Shown here in pieces: positions 1 to 10,196 of a stretch of 64,000 bases of DNA. The notes below the pieces were generated by a model that ran no database searches, was not told where the DNA came from, and saw nothing but the letters and a program-made list of their open reading frames with translations. Positions within the stretch are counted from its first letter, which is position 1, and each line of letters begins with the position of its first letter. A program made the translations under genes and the position numbers. Origin of the DNA: Flectonema sp. DT1601 (lineage: Eukaryota); NCBI GenBank assembly GCA_964019425.1, contig OZ025799.1:806001-870000 (forward strand). The letters are read 5' to 3'.

Positions 1-2968
1 TGTTGATTTGTCTGGTTTGGATAAAGTTGACTGATTTCGGTGCCATCTCTGCCATGTGAGATTTTAAGAATGCCTTGGCAGCATTGATGACAGATTCTTC
101 ACTACCAACTAACTTAATGACGAGATCCTTTGGTACGCTGTACTGTTCAACATCACTGTCTTCAGAGTCGCTATCGGTGTCGTCGTGTTCTTCGTTGTCT
201 TCTTCGATTTCTTCATCTTCTTCTGAATCAATGAGATCTGAGAGTAAGTCATCTTCCTCATCGTTGTATTCAATTACGTGAATAAACATTTTAGCCACAG
301 CAATGTACATTGCTAATTTAGAATCAATTTTTATTTTTTTATCAAGACTAACAGTGCTCTGCTCAATTTCAAATGAAGCATAGTCACCCTGACCAACAAC
401 AACAAGAAGACCAGCTAAAAGTAAAACTAACTCGTGTTTGCATCCAAAAAAAAATGGAAGCTGAGTCAACCACGGAGTGAGGATTTCAGCAGCTCTCGGT
501 TTTATAAATTGAATCATATCAGAGGGTTGTTTAATTGCCATTCCGCATATTGGAATTAAAAGTTCCTGAACGATTAAAGAGGTTCTCGCCGATGATATCC
601 TTGCTACCACCATTGATAACAATCCACTGACAGTGTCAATTCCAATTTGATCACCCGCACATGTTATTAAGTCTAATACAAGTTTTCCTGAATGCTGTAA
701 CTCATTCTCACCAACATCCTCACCACCTAATGTCATTTGCATAATATCTAAACAGACCTTTAGAGCAGGGGTACCATTGACCATTGTGTTCATTAGGTCA
801 TTTCCACCAACTCTTTTTGAAATTGTTCTTAAACACAATGAAATAGATGCAGTTGCTTGATGTGCTTGTGCTAATCCTTTGAAAGTAGTCAAACAGGTCA
901 CCACAACCTGATGAAGTAATTCCATACTTCCCTTCTTTGCGATGTGATATAACAACCTAACAGCACTTGATATAAGACCTGGATACTGTGATGACAGCTG
1001 TGGTGCTTGAGTAGTTAAAAAAACTGCTAAATAGTTAACTGCTTCAGACAGAGATGCCGTAGCGGTTTCATTTCCTGTAATTTGACTAAACATATCCTCA
1101 ATTGATTCAAGCATAAAACAGTCAGTGTGGTATTGTTGCCATAATTTCATCATATCTAATGGAAGGCTTGCGACAGGAACTGTTTTATTTTTATGAACGA
1201 TAAGAGCCAAGCTTTCAATACTTAAACTCAACAGTTCTTTAGTAGAACTCTTACTGAGACCAATACCAACACTGCAGTCTTGTGCAGCAGCTAATCGTAT
1301 ATCATTGGTGATGCTTGCTACAACAGATGTAATGCTTTGGTTGACAATGTCATCTGTGACTCCGGAAACTGATGCGTCAGTTGACTCAAAATATACCATT
1401 GTTGGTACATAACATTTAATCGCATGAACATAAACAACTTTATGTGTGGTTTCAGATGTTATGACTTTTGTTAACATTTGTAAAAATGCTCCTGGAACAG
1501 CAACACTCTCTAATTGTCTAATTGACTCACTGACTAACCAAAAACATCTCGCAGCTAGTAACGGATGGACGTTTGGTATCGACAAGATTCTTTCAACGAC
1601 GTCAAAGACATGTCGGATTGTGAAACCACAAGCAGCGAGTACTTTTGGTTTGATGTACGTCGTCTGTAATGCGAGTAAAGCTCCTTCAGTTAGAAACTGA
1701 TCAGCATCAGGTTTGGCAAAAATATTTTGACAAACCATCAACAGTCCTCCAAGAGAATCTTTTGACATACTTTGATGAAGTTTTTCAAGAACCATTGCTG
1801 CTGTTTCACGAGTAGTGCATGACCAACCATCTTCAAGTTGTATTTCAGATTCAGCATACTTTCCTGGGTCGTCCATGAAATCTTGAACTTCTTCTTCTGT
1901 CATTTTACACATCTGAGTAAGTAGTTGAAAAATACTTTGAAATCCATTTGGGATTCCCTTAACGTGTGTTCTGTAAGCTGCTTTTCCCATGAGTGATTTT
2001 AAAATGCTGAGCTGACCAACACCAAGAGATTCATATCCGAATATGTCTCCTTCAGAGCTGTAGCCTTCGTCAATATCATTACATTTAGCTGACACGTTTT
2101 GGAGTGAGTTCACAAGATAGGTTACTAGTTTCTCTGCTATGCTATTGTACAGTTTTGAGGGTAATAACTGTACTGAAATAGTAACAAGTGAAGCAGCAGC
2201 TGTTGACACAGCAGGATTGGTTATATCAATCATAATATCAATACAGTCAGACATAATGTCAGGGATGTGTTTTAGTAATGTAGCAGTCTGTTCATTTCCT
2301 TTTGAAATCGATGATTTTGGTAAGAATTGTGTGAGCTGAACACACAAATCAACAGCCTGAATTGCATGTCTGCGTATGTCTGGTTGGGAGCTTCCATTTT
2401 TAATTATACCAGCGAGATTAGAGAGAACTGCATTGCAGAAATCAGGAAGCATGTCTCCGGGAAGGTCCTCAACAATAATTTTAAGTGCTTTCACTGTTGC
2501 TGCAATAACTGATATCTCATTGTTTGAATTAAGAACACCCGCTAAATCCGATACTAAGGACGGCCACTCATCAGGAAAGTCATGAGTGGCTATTTCACCT
2601 ACTACTACAGCTGCAACCGTGGAAAGCTTTCTCTCTGAAATAAAAAAAGCTTTCGGAAGGTGTGTTTTTGTTTCGTTCTTGTCATTTTCACTAATAGTTC
2701 CCTCCAACCATTGTTCTTTTACAACTCTTTTTAAAACCAAACCTGCTAATTGTCTTACGGCTAAAGGAGCACCCTCTGCGAGCAAAAACTTCACAAGCAT
2801 CGGAGCGTATCCAGGTGCTGCCATATTCGAAAGCAGTACTTGTTCAGATTCTTGCATTTTTGCCTTATCTGTTGAAGTTGCCATGTTCATCAAACATTGC
2901 AAGATAACTGGTTCCTGTGCTGGAGGAAGAACCGATCGCTCTTGAAGCATTTTGTTTGGTGCAAACAT
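1..2968 (-). CDS. IPO9: Importin-beta family protein, importin-9-like (3' end runs off window)
   Basis: Long minus-strand frame missing from the ORF track because it has no stop in the window; both ends translate in the same frame. ATG at 2968 (second in-frame ATG at 2950) lies just after a TTTCAG acceptor-like site. N-terminus has IBN_N-like 'PLAVRQLAGLVLKRVVKEQW' and 'EIATHDFPDEWPSLV', the middle has 'QMCKMTEEEVQDFMDDPGKY', and the C-terminal tract is acidic, all resembling importin-9. Confidence 0.7.
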   Translation of the reverse strand, partial: MFAPNKMLQERSVLPPAQEPVILQCLMNMATSTDKAKMQESEQVLLSNMAAPGYAPMLVKFLLAEGAPLAVRQLAGLVLKRVVKEQWLEGTISENDKNETKTHLPKAFFISERKLSTVAAVVVGEIATHDFPDEWPSLVSDLAGVLNSNNEISVIAATVKALKIIVEDLPGDMLPDFCNAVLSNLAGIIKNGSSQPDIRRHAIQAVDLCVQLTQFLPKSSISKGNEQTATLLKHIPDIMSDCIDIMIDITNPAVSTAAASLVTISVQLLPSKLYNSIAEKLVTYLVNSLQNVSAKCNDIDEGYSSEGDIFGYESLGVGQLSILKSLMGKAAYRTHVKGIPNGFQSIFQLLTQMCKMTEEEVQDFMDDPGKYAESEIQLEDGWSCTTRETAAMVLEKLHQSMSKDSLGGLLMVCQNIFAKPDADQFLTEGALLALQTTYIKPKVLAACGFTIRHVFDVVERILSIPNVHPLLAARCFWLVSESIRQLESVAVPGAFLQMLTKVITSETTHKVVYVHAIKCYVPTMVYFESTDASVSGVTDDIVNQSITSVVASITNDIRLAAAQDCSVGIGLSKSSTKELLSLSIESLALIVHKNKTVPVASLPLDMMKLWQQYHTDCFMLESIEDMFSQITGNETATASLSEAVNYLAVFLTTQAPQLSSQYPGLISSAVRLLYHIAKKGSMELLHQVVVTCLTTFKGLAQAHQATASISLCLRTISKRVGGNDLMNTMVNGTPALKVCLDIMQMTLGGEDVGENELQHSGKLVLDLITCAGDQIGIDTVSGLLSMVVARISSARTSLIVQELLIPICGMAIKQPSDMIQFIKPRAAEILTPWLTQLPFFFGCKHELVLLLAGLLVVVGQGDYASFEIEQSTVSLDKKIKIDSKLAMYIAVAKMFIHVIEYNDEEDDLLSDLIDSEEDEEIEEDNEEHDDTDSDSEDSDVEQYSVPKDLVIKLVGSEESVINAAKAFLKSHMAEMAPKSVNFIQTRQIN

Positions 2969-3328
2969 TTCTGAAATTGATAAGAGAGTTGTATTGATGA
3001 TTGTGATACTTTGTTGAAACATAATCAAATTGCTATCATGATTGCATTATCTTCTGTAAAGAAATAATTTAAATACAATACCCAAAATACACCTGTTCCG
3101 ACATAAGACATGCATAGTACTTAATGTAGTCCTTTTTTTTTTGTTTTTTTTGATGCTTCTTTTTACTTTTTTTTTTTTTTTTGTTTTTTTTTTGGTTGTT
3201 CGGAGAGGACAAATTTTTTTTTTTTGCACCTCCACGACACTTTTTATTTTCTCTTAAAGATACCCTCGATCAAAACGAGTAACAAAACAGTGAGCTCCAT
3301 TCCCCGTGACAAGGTGACTACAACAGTC

Positions 3329-4003
3329 TTACTTTCCCTTCTTGACACCGGTTCCGTCAGCCTTCTCCTTGTCGGCCTTGTCCTTTCTGACCTTACGTGC
3401 AAGTCTGATTCCGATGAATTTGGTGTTACGGTTCTGGGCACGGAGGTAGTTGTAGATGTGACGGCTCTTCTCGTCAGCGGTCAACTCACGTGGAGCCTCA
3501 GCAGTTGATACAACAGTTGGGGCAGGGAAGGTGTTCTGCTGAACGGAAGCGATCTTTGAGGCGTCTGGCTTGACGGTTGTGATCGATGACTTCTTTCCTC
3601 CGGCGAGTGGGTAAAGAACCAACTTACTGATGTACTCCTTCAATCTGTTGCTGTTAACAGTCAAGGACTCCTCGCTGTGGTTCTTTCTTCTCTGGTCAAC
3701 AGCGACTCCAACGGTTCTGGCGAACTTTGGGGAAACACCAGCGGCCTTGCACTCGTCAAGAGTGAATCCCTTTCCTGATCTAACCTTCATGTTGAACCTC
3801 TGGGTGCAGCACTGAACCTGCGGTCTGAGGGCCTGAACTGGACGTGGGAAGACGGCCTTGGCCTTGGCAGCTCTCCTCACTCTTCTGGCCTTCTTCTGCT
3901 TCGCCTGCTGGAAGAAGGTCTTGATGTGACCCTTCTGACTGGACTCTGGGTTCCAGTGCTTGTGGAAGTGGTTACGTGGGATGGCATTGTTGTGCTTTGG
4001 CAT
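3329..4003 (-). CDS. RPL13: 60S ribosomal protein L13 (eL13), copy A
   Basis: MPKHNNAIPRNHFHKHW...FFQQAKQKKARR...GKGFTLDECKAAG...VDQRRKNHSEESL...RLKEYISKLVLYP are eL13 signatures; GC3-rich codon usage. Confidence 0.97.
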   Translation of the reverse strand: MPKHNNAIPRNHFHKHWNPESSQKGHIKTFFQQAKQKKARRVRRAAKAKAVFPRPVQALRPQVQCCTQRFNMKVRSGKGFTLDECKAAGVSPKFARTVGVAVDQRRKNHSEESLTVNSNRLKEYISKLVLYPLAGGKKSSITTVKPDASKIASVQQNTFPAPTVVSTAEAPRELTADEKSRHIYNYLRAQNRNTKFIGIRLARKVRKDKADKEKADGTGVKKGK

Positions 4004-4396
4004 CTTGGGATACGGGGGTGGAGACTCTCTGATGAAGGAAACAATAAAATACTAATTCAAAAAGAAATCAACTATTGCTAATAATGATAATCTTCATCAA
4101 CCTTTACCTTATCTCCTTTATGTTGCTTGAAAGGAAATGGCCAACTTAATGGTCATTCAAAATATCAGACTGTGCGTGACTGCTTTAAAGAAGTGTTTAA
4201 AAAATGCAACGAACGTTAACGCGGATACCCAATTATCAAAAATGACCACCCCCTCGACATTCTTTGAGAAAAAAGGTTTTTTTTTTTTGCTTTTTTTTTT
4301 TGACTTTTTTTTTTTTTTTTTTTTTTTTGCTGATTTTTTTTATGCTATGTTTGCGATTACTTTCCACCCAAGTATGCTAGCTGGTAGTTTGTGGTC

Positions 4397-5071
4397 TTAC
4401 TTTCCCTTCTTGACACCGGTTCCGTCAGCCTTCTCCTTGTCGGCCTTGTCCTTTCTGACCTTACGTGCAAGTCTGATTCCGATGAATTTGGTGTTACGGT
4501 TCTGGGCACGGAGGTAGTTGTAGATGTGACGGCTCTTCTCGTCAGCGGTCAACTCACGTGGAGCCTCAGCAGTTGATACAACAGTTGGGGCAGGGAAGGT
4601 GTTCTGCTGAACGGAAGCGATCTTTGAGGCGTCTGGCTTGACGGTTGTGATCGATGACTTCTTTCCTCCGGCGAGTGGGTAAAGAACCAACTTACTGATG
4701 TACTCCTTCAATCTGTTGCTGTTAACAGTCAAGGACTCCTCGCTGTGGTTCTTTCTTCTCTGGTCAACAGCGACTCCAACGGTTCTGGCGAACTTTGGGG
4801 AAACACCAGCGGCCTTGCACTCGTCAAGAGTGAATCCCTTTCCTGATCTAACCTTCATGTTGAACCTCTGGGTGCAGCACTGAACCTGCGGTCTGAGGGC
4901 CTGAACTGGACGTGGGAAGACGGCCTTGGCCTTGGCAGCTCTCCTCACTCTTCTGGCCTTCTTCTGCTTCGCCTGCTGGAAGAAGGTCTTGATGTGACCC
5001 TTCTGACTGGACTCTGGGTTCCAGTGCTTGTGGAAGTGGTTACGTGGGATGGCATTGTTGTGCTTTGGCAT
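4397..5071 (-). CDS. RPL13: 60S ribosomal protein L13 (eL13), copy B
   Basis: Protein identical to 3329-4003; tandem duplicate 1068 bp away. Confidence 0.97.
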   Translation of the reverse strand: MPKHNNAIPRNHFHKHWNPESSQKGHIKTFFQQAKQKKARRVRRAAKAKAVFPRPVQALRPQVQCCTQRFNMKVRSGKGFTLDECKAAGVSPKFARTVGVAVDQRRKNHSEESLTVNSNRLKEYISKLVLYPLAGGKKSSITTVKPDASKIASVQQNTFPAPTVVSTAEAPRELTADEKSRHIYNYLRAQNRNTKFIGIRLARKVRKDKADKEKADGTGVKKGK

Positions 5072-5352
5072 CTTGGGCTAAGGGGTTCAAACTATTCCTG
5101 AGGTAGAAAGTATAATAAAAAGCGTTTGTTACTAAAATAACTTAAAGCGAATCAAACAAGACATTATCAAGTTTAGCAAATATAGATTCCTTCACTTTCT
5201 TAACAGACCAAAAGGCAGGGGGGCGGGCAGTAACAACTCATACATCATAAGGCAAGTAGTTGAATACTGTTTTGTTAAGAGTAGAACTCGTACTCGTCAA
5301 CTTACTACCACCTGCTCAGAATATTAATTTTCCATCTGAGGTGCTTACTTGC

Positions 5353-5642
5353 TCAAATCAGTCTTCGCTTTATTCTCATCGAGTCTTCCTCAAATAACAG
5401 ATTGCGAGCCTTCTGCGATGCTGAAAGCTGCTTTGTCTCATCCACAGGTACGTCGTAAACAGGCTGTTGAGTAGTTTATTGTTATGATTATATTATGTAA
5501 TAATAATAATACAGTCGATGGTACATACTGCTTCCTCAACTGGCTGTACCTTTCTAGGTGCTGGTGGTTGCGACATTGCTGTGTAGGCACCGATACCACC
5601 AACTCCAAAGATCGCAGTTATAAATTTTAATTTTCCGGACAT
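5353..5642 (-). CDS. Small hypothetical protein (~74 aa) with N-terminal hydrophobic segment; one intron 5464-5528
   Basis: ATG at 5642 gives MSGKLKFITAIFGVGGIGAYTAMSQPPAPRKVQPVEEA. Donor GTATGT at 5528 and acceptor CAACAG at 5464 join in frame to PVYDVPVDETKQ...IKRRLI-TGA (5353). Confidence 0.6.
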
Positions 5643-5972
5643 CGTTGTGCTGGTTGCTGTGAGATTACTATAAGTGAAGATGTGCATAGAATTACTTATT
5701 ATGAATGTACGATGATTGTGGTATTTAGAACGTGACCTATCATTGTGTTGTTGGTTGCTGTGGAAATATAATTTACATTTTCCTCCGTGTTTCAGCTTTA
5801 ATTATTTTTTTTTTTTTTGCCGCAGCAAATACTGCCTGCGCAAAAAGAGAACTCGACTCGCAACGGATAGGGGTAGCGGGGTCCTCATATATATATTTTT
5901 CTCTTTTTCCAAAAATCGATCGTTACAAAAAAGAATACAACTTTCCACTTCACTAATCTGCTAAATGCATTA

Positions 5973-6890
5973 TCATTCGAGTGTAAGTTCTTTGACCTTT
6001 GTCACGAGACTGTCAACGGCACCCCTCCTACTAAGAGAGACTGAGCCCGTCGCACCGTCTCTCGATGTTGTTTTGTGTAGCAAAGATTTCTTTTCAGCAA
6101 GGTCATGAACGAATGCCCGTTCTCTGTTTGTGAGATCGATGAGATTTGTTTCTACTTTATCAGATTCCTCAAAGTCAGTAATAAGTTTCATAATCGCAAC
6201 TTGAACGTCCTTCGGAATGTTATCTCTTTCCTTTCCTTTTTTACCTTTACCAGCACCCTTAGAACCTCCCTTCCCGCCGCCTTTTGGATATGTCCCTGGT
6301 GTGACACCGAGTGCTTTGCGCATTGCTGCGACGACAACATTTTCTACTTCCCGTGGTAGGTAGTAGTCGGGGAATTCTTTTTTATCAATTTCGATCACTG
6401 TGCCTGATATGTTATCATCACTTAAGAATTTTCTGAACCTTTCCGCATGGGGAGCGCGGTCTTCGTAGATGAAAACTTCCTTCGGAGTGTGGTCGTTTAC
6501 TAGGGCGTGGATTTCTGAAACCTTCCATGGAAAAGTACTCTTTCCAGGCGGCTTTAAAAAATATTTCTCAAACGACATCCCGGCATCAGTTGTAAGCTGT
6601 TTTACTCTTTCTGTGTAAGAGACACTCCGACCAGTCATTAAAACAACAAAACAGTCATCTCGCTGTAACATTTTCTTTGCAGTCTCTACAATAGGATGGA
6701 TCCACATGTCTTCTGAAGGAATGTCAGCTACTGCTGGAGGATCGAGACTCATTGGTAGGTGAAACCATCCTCCTTCACCTTTTAGTCGTCCTAATTCTTT
6801 GCCGGAGTAGAATCTTGGATTTGGCATAGGGTTTCGAAAAAGGGTTCCATCAAAATCGAAAACATGCAACTCTTTTGTTATTCTCTTCAT
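5973..6890 (-). CDS. HAD-superfamily 'Swiss Army Knife RNA repair-like' domain protein with C-terminal R3H domain
   Basis: HAD motif I 'LHVFDFDGTLFRNP', 'LMTGR', 'FLKP' and 'IYEDR'; Gly/Lys linker; R3H motif 'LTNRERAFVHDLAEKKSLLHKT'. Confidence 0.75.
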   Translation of the reverse strand: MKRITKELHVFDFDGTLFRNPMPNPRFYSGKELGRLKGEGGWFHLPMSLDPPAVADIPSEDMWIHPIVETAKKMLQRDDCFVVLMTGRSVSYTERVKQLTTDAGMSFEKYFLKPPGKSTFPWKVSEIHALVNDHTPKEVFIYEDRAPHAERFRKFLSDDNISGTVIEIDKKEFPDYYLPREVENVVVAAMRKALGVTPGTYPKGGGKGGSKGAGKGKKGKERDNIPKDVQVAIMKLITDFEESDKVETNLIDLTNRERAFVHDLAEKKSLLHKTTSRDGATGSVSLSRRGAVDSLVTKVKELTLE

Positions 6891-7471
6891 TATATTTTTT
6901 GATAAGTTTAGTTACTGTGATTAACGAGGGGATAGAAAAATCTTTTTAAACAGCACACTAACTTATGAGAATCGTTCTAGATTTATACAGCTGAATGACA
7001 AAATTGTATTTTAGTAAAGAGAGAGGAAGGGTACACGTTCTCTTTCAGTTTTCTTTTCTTTTGAGCTCAAGTAGTTATGTTAAAACTTTCTTCTTTTTAA
7101 ATAATTTTTTTTTTTTAAAAAAAACAAAAAACAGTTATAGGAATCTATCCTTGATTGTTTTTTTTATTTTTTCGTTTTTTTTTTTTTTAAGACATAGTAC
7201 AGTCTTTCTAAAAAAAATTAATAATAAAAAAAAGTCATTTTTTTTAATAACAATATTGCCGCTCTTAATGCCATGACACTTCTATGTAAGGTTTAATCGA
7301 TTTACCGATTTAAGAAAGTTTTGTTGGTTTAATCTACTTTTTAAAAAGTATTTTAAAAAAGGGGAAAAAAGGAAAAAAAAAAATAGAAAATCTAATAATC
7401 TATAACAGTTACTTCATTCTGAAAGAATGAGGTGGGAGAATTTTTTGTTTTTTTGTTTTTTTTTTCAGACA

Positions 7472-9646
7472 TCAAACATTGCGAAGCTCACTAAGAGGTC
7501 TCCTTGACCGTTTAGTAGTTGTGAGAAACATTGCTGTTGTTGTTGGAGGAGGTGCGCTATTTCTCAGTAGTGGATGCGCAGGTCTTCTTGGAAGCTCTCT
7601 CAGGAACGAAGAAAGGGCACTAACTTTTGTTGGTGGACCCTCATGAGAATTGAGGGCAGATCGAGGATTCCACAATGCTTCATCACCAAAGTCTGTGAAA
7701 TTACCATCAGCACATTCCGTAGAACACGAAGACAAAGTCGACGGTGACGACTGAATACTGTCAGGTGTTCGAGATGCTACACTACAAGTCGTATTATACG
7801 ATCCTTTAACTGGTGTACATTCAGTTGTTGTATCACAGTCACTGTTGTGTTCTAATTCAGTAGTCCATTGGCGGCGTAGATCAGATTTCCAAGTATCTCT
7901 TAAAGCAGACAGTGCTGGTACAGTATCAACAATATCACTGTGCATAGAACAATAAAAAGATCTTAGAGTCTTACAAGACGATGTAATTAGTGAAAGTGCT
8001 GATGAGCTTACGGCTGAGTTTTCACAAGCAGACTTACCAACAAGTACAGCAGCCCATTCAGCGAAACCTTTAGCAGCGAAGTATGTTCCAACTGATATTC
8101 CTTGTTCGTTCCTAGTGTTTATCATTGACTTTGCAACTTGCAGTAATCCAATTTTTACAAATTTGGAAATAGATGACTTTCTTAACATTTCTGAAGTAAA
8201 CACACCACTATCAATAAGTCTTGAACATGTGACTGGAAAAACAATCTCTCGGAGGTGCGGTGATGACGCAATTTTTGTTATAATTGAAAGGGCTACCACA
8301 ACGCTATCATCATCATCAGTTGGTGTTTCTAAGTAAGACGATATAATGGATATTAAAGGTGTTATGAAAATATGAGGACACCCTGCGAGGTATTTTGCAA
8401 GTTCATCACGTCCCTCAACTACTTCAACACAGCGATTGCGATCGTCTATATCACCTTCTCTGTCGTGAAGTCCTAAGATATGGTTTAGTGACGATCCATC
8501 AGTTTGTTGTTTTAATCTTTTTAATAAAGCAGACCAGAGTAGTTCACTTCGAGGATGAATGAGCATTTTTCTGATTGGAATGAGAGGTTCCTCGCAACGT
8601 CTGTCTCCGAATCTACTAATCAACTGATGAAGCAATTGATCTCCATAACGATCTTCTTCATGAACTATAATCTCAAGTACTGAGGTAAGGTTATTATCTC
8701 TACTTCTACTGGTTAGTAAATCAGTTATCTCAACCTGTTTTTCAACAGAAGTGATATAATGAATTAGTCCTAATAAATGAGTTAGTTTTCCACTTGATAA
8801 CTGCTTCAATTCAGACGTATTTATCGACACCGAAGTAAATATTTTCAACAGCATCGTGTGAATGATCGAAGACTCGAATTCCTTCAGACTTTTATTAGCA
8901 ATGATATGATTGCGAATGAATCTGACTGAAATGAGTGAAATCAACTCTTTAGAACAATCGAATTTCTTTCCAATCGATGACCAACTGTCAAGCATTGCTC
9001 CGTATGTTTGAATTGGGTGTTCAGAAAGTAGGTATTCCATAACCACATTACGGTGATTTTGAAATATAAATTCAAGTAAAGGTGGGTATCCTAGCGCGAC
9101 TACCCCTGTTATGATATCAGAAACTTGTAGACTAGGATGTCCAATCATCGCTATTATCTTTGGTAAGTGATTGTATTCTAAAAGACTATTCGCGACGACA
9201 ACTTTTTCCAACGGAGATTGCTGTTGTTTTAGAATTATTGTTCTGTAGTCTTGGATGGTAGTGTTTTGTTTGAATATCGAAGGTACAGTTGGACCAGCTT
9301 TCTTATGAAAATGAAATGATAAAAATCCTTTAAACATCGAAAAGTACTGCTGATCACTAAATATAATTTGAATTGTTAATTCTCGATCTGCTACTTTCCA
9401 AGTGACTGAACGTTCATTATCTTTGAGAGTGTAGATGTCATCGTAGAGAAGCTCTTCTAGTAAATTATTTTCTTCAGACTTCACAGACACCATCATGACT
9501 TCTTCACTGTGAGAGACATCCAGTATACCTCCACCTTTATCTTGCCATGCAGTTTTTGAATCACTCCTTACATGGATTGATACTTCCTTGTCTACTTTCA
9601 AGAAGTCTTCTTGTCGTCGACGTTTTACAGATGGCTGGTTGACCAT
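7472..9646 (-). CDS. Probable PP4 regulatory subunit 3 (SMEK/Psy2)-like protein
   Basis: 724-aa ORF. N-terminal 'VSIHVRSDSKTAWQDKGGGIL...SVTW' resembles the EVH1-like head of PP4R3, followed by a Leu-rich helical body and a Ser/Pro-rich tail. Confidence 0.45.
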   Translation of the reverse strand: MVNQPSVKRRRQEDFLKVDKEVSIHVRSDSKTAWQDKGGGILDVSHSEEVMMVSVKSEENNLLEELLYDDIYTLKDNERSVTWKVADRELTIQIIFSDQQYFSMFKGFLSFHFHKKAGPTVPSIFKQNTTIQDYRTIILKQQQSPLEKVVVANSLLEYNHLPKIIAMIGHPSLQVSDIITGVVALGYPPLLEFIFQNHRNVVMEYLLSEHPIQTYGAMLDSWSSIGKKFDCSKELISLISVRFIRNHIIANKSLKEFESSIIHTMLLKIFTSVSINTSELKQLSSGKLTHLLGLIHYITSVEKQVEITDLLTSRSRDNNLTSVLEIIVHEEDRYGDQLLHQLISRFGDRRCEEPLIPIRKMLIHPRSELLWSALLKRLKQQTDGSSLNHILGLHDREGDIDDRNRCVEVVEGRDELAKYLAGCPHIFITPLISIISSYLETPTDDDDSVVVALSIITKIASSPHLREIVFPVTCSRLIDSGVFTSEMLRKSSISKFVKIGLLQVAKSMINTRNEQGISVGTYFAAKGFAEWAAVLVGKSACENSAVSSSALSLITSSCKTLRSFYCSMHSDIVDTVPALSALRDTWKSDLRRQWTTELEHNSDCDTTTECTPVKGSYNTTCSVASRTPDSIQSSPSTLSSCSTECADGNFTDFGDEALWNPRSALNSHEGPPTKVSALSSFLRELPRRPAHPLLRNSAPPPTTTAMFLTTTKRSRRPLSELRNV

Positions 9647-10196
9647 TTTTATTTTTTTTTTTTTGTTATACCTATTTAGAGAATAGAGTTGCTAGAACAG
9701 AAAATTAGATTAAAAAGATAGGCGATTCCTGTTTTCATGTGTCCATTTTCTCGTGAATTTGCTCAAATGTGTAACTTCAAAAAAATCCTTTTTAAAAAAA
9801 GATTTGAAGTCCAATCATATAACATTCTCAGTCAGCTACCTGTTATAAATAACAAAAAAAAAAAATGTAAAAATAAATTTGCTACAGAACAACGTTAATC
9901 TTTTTTTACTTTAATAACTCCCCTTAAATAATTTAAAAAAAAAAAAAAAAAAGAAGGGAAAAAAAAATTGTTAAAACAGGATTCGAGTGACTTTTTCTTT
10001 GAAAAAAGAAAAATCAAACGAAACTGCTTGCAATTATCCAAACTAATAAAAACAGTATGAAAACTAACACAAATTGAACTAGAAAAACAGAAGGTACTGC
10101 AGCTGACTGACAAGCGCAACTGACATTACGAAACACAAACTAAATTAACGAGCTGAATTATTTTTCTTTTCTTTGTTTTTTTTTTGTTTTTCCACG

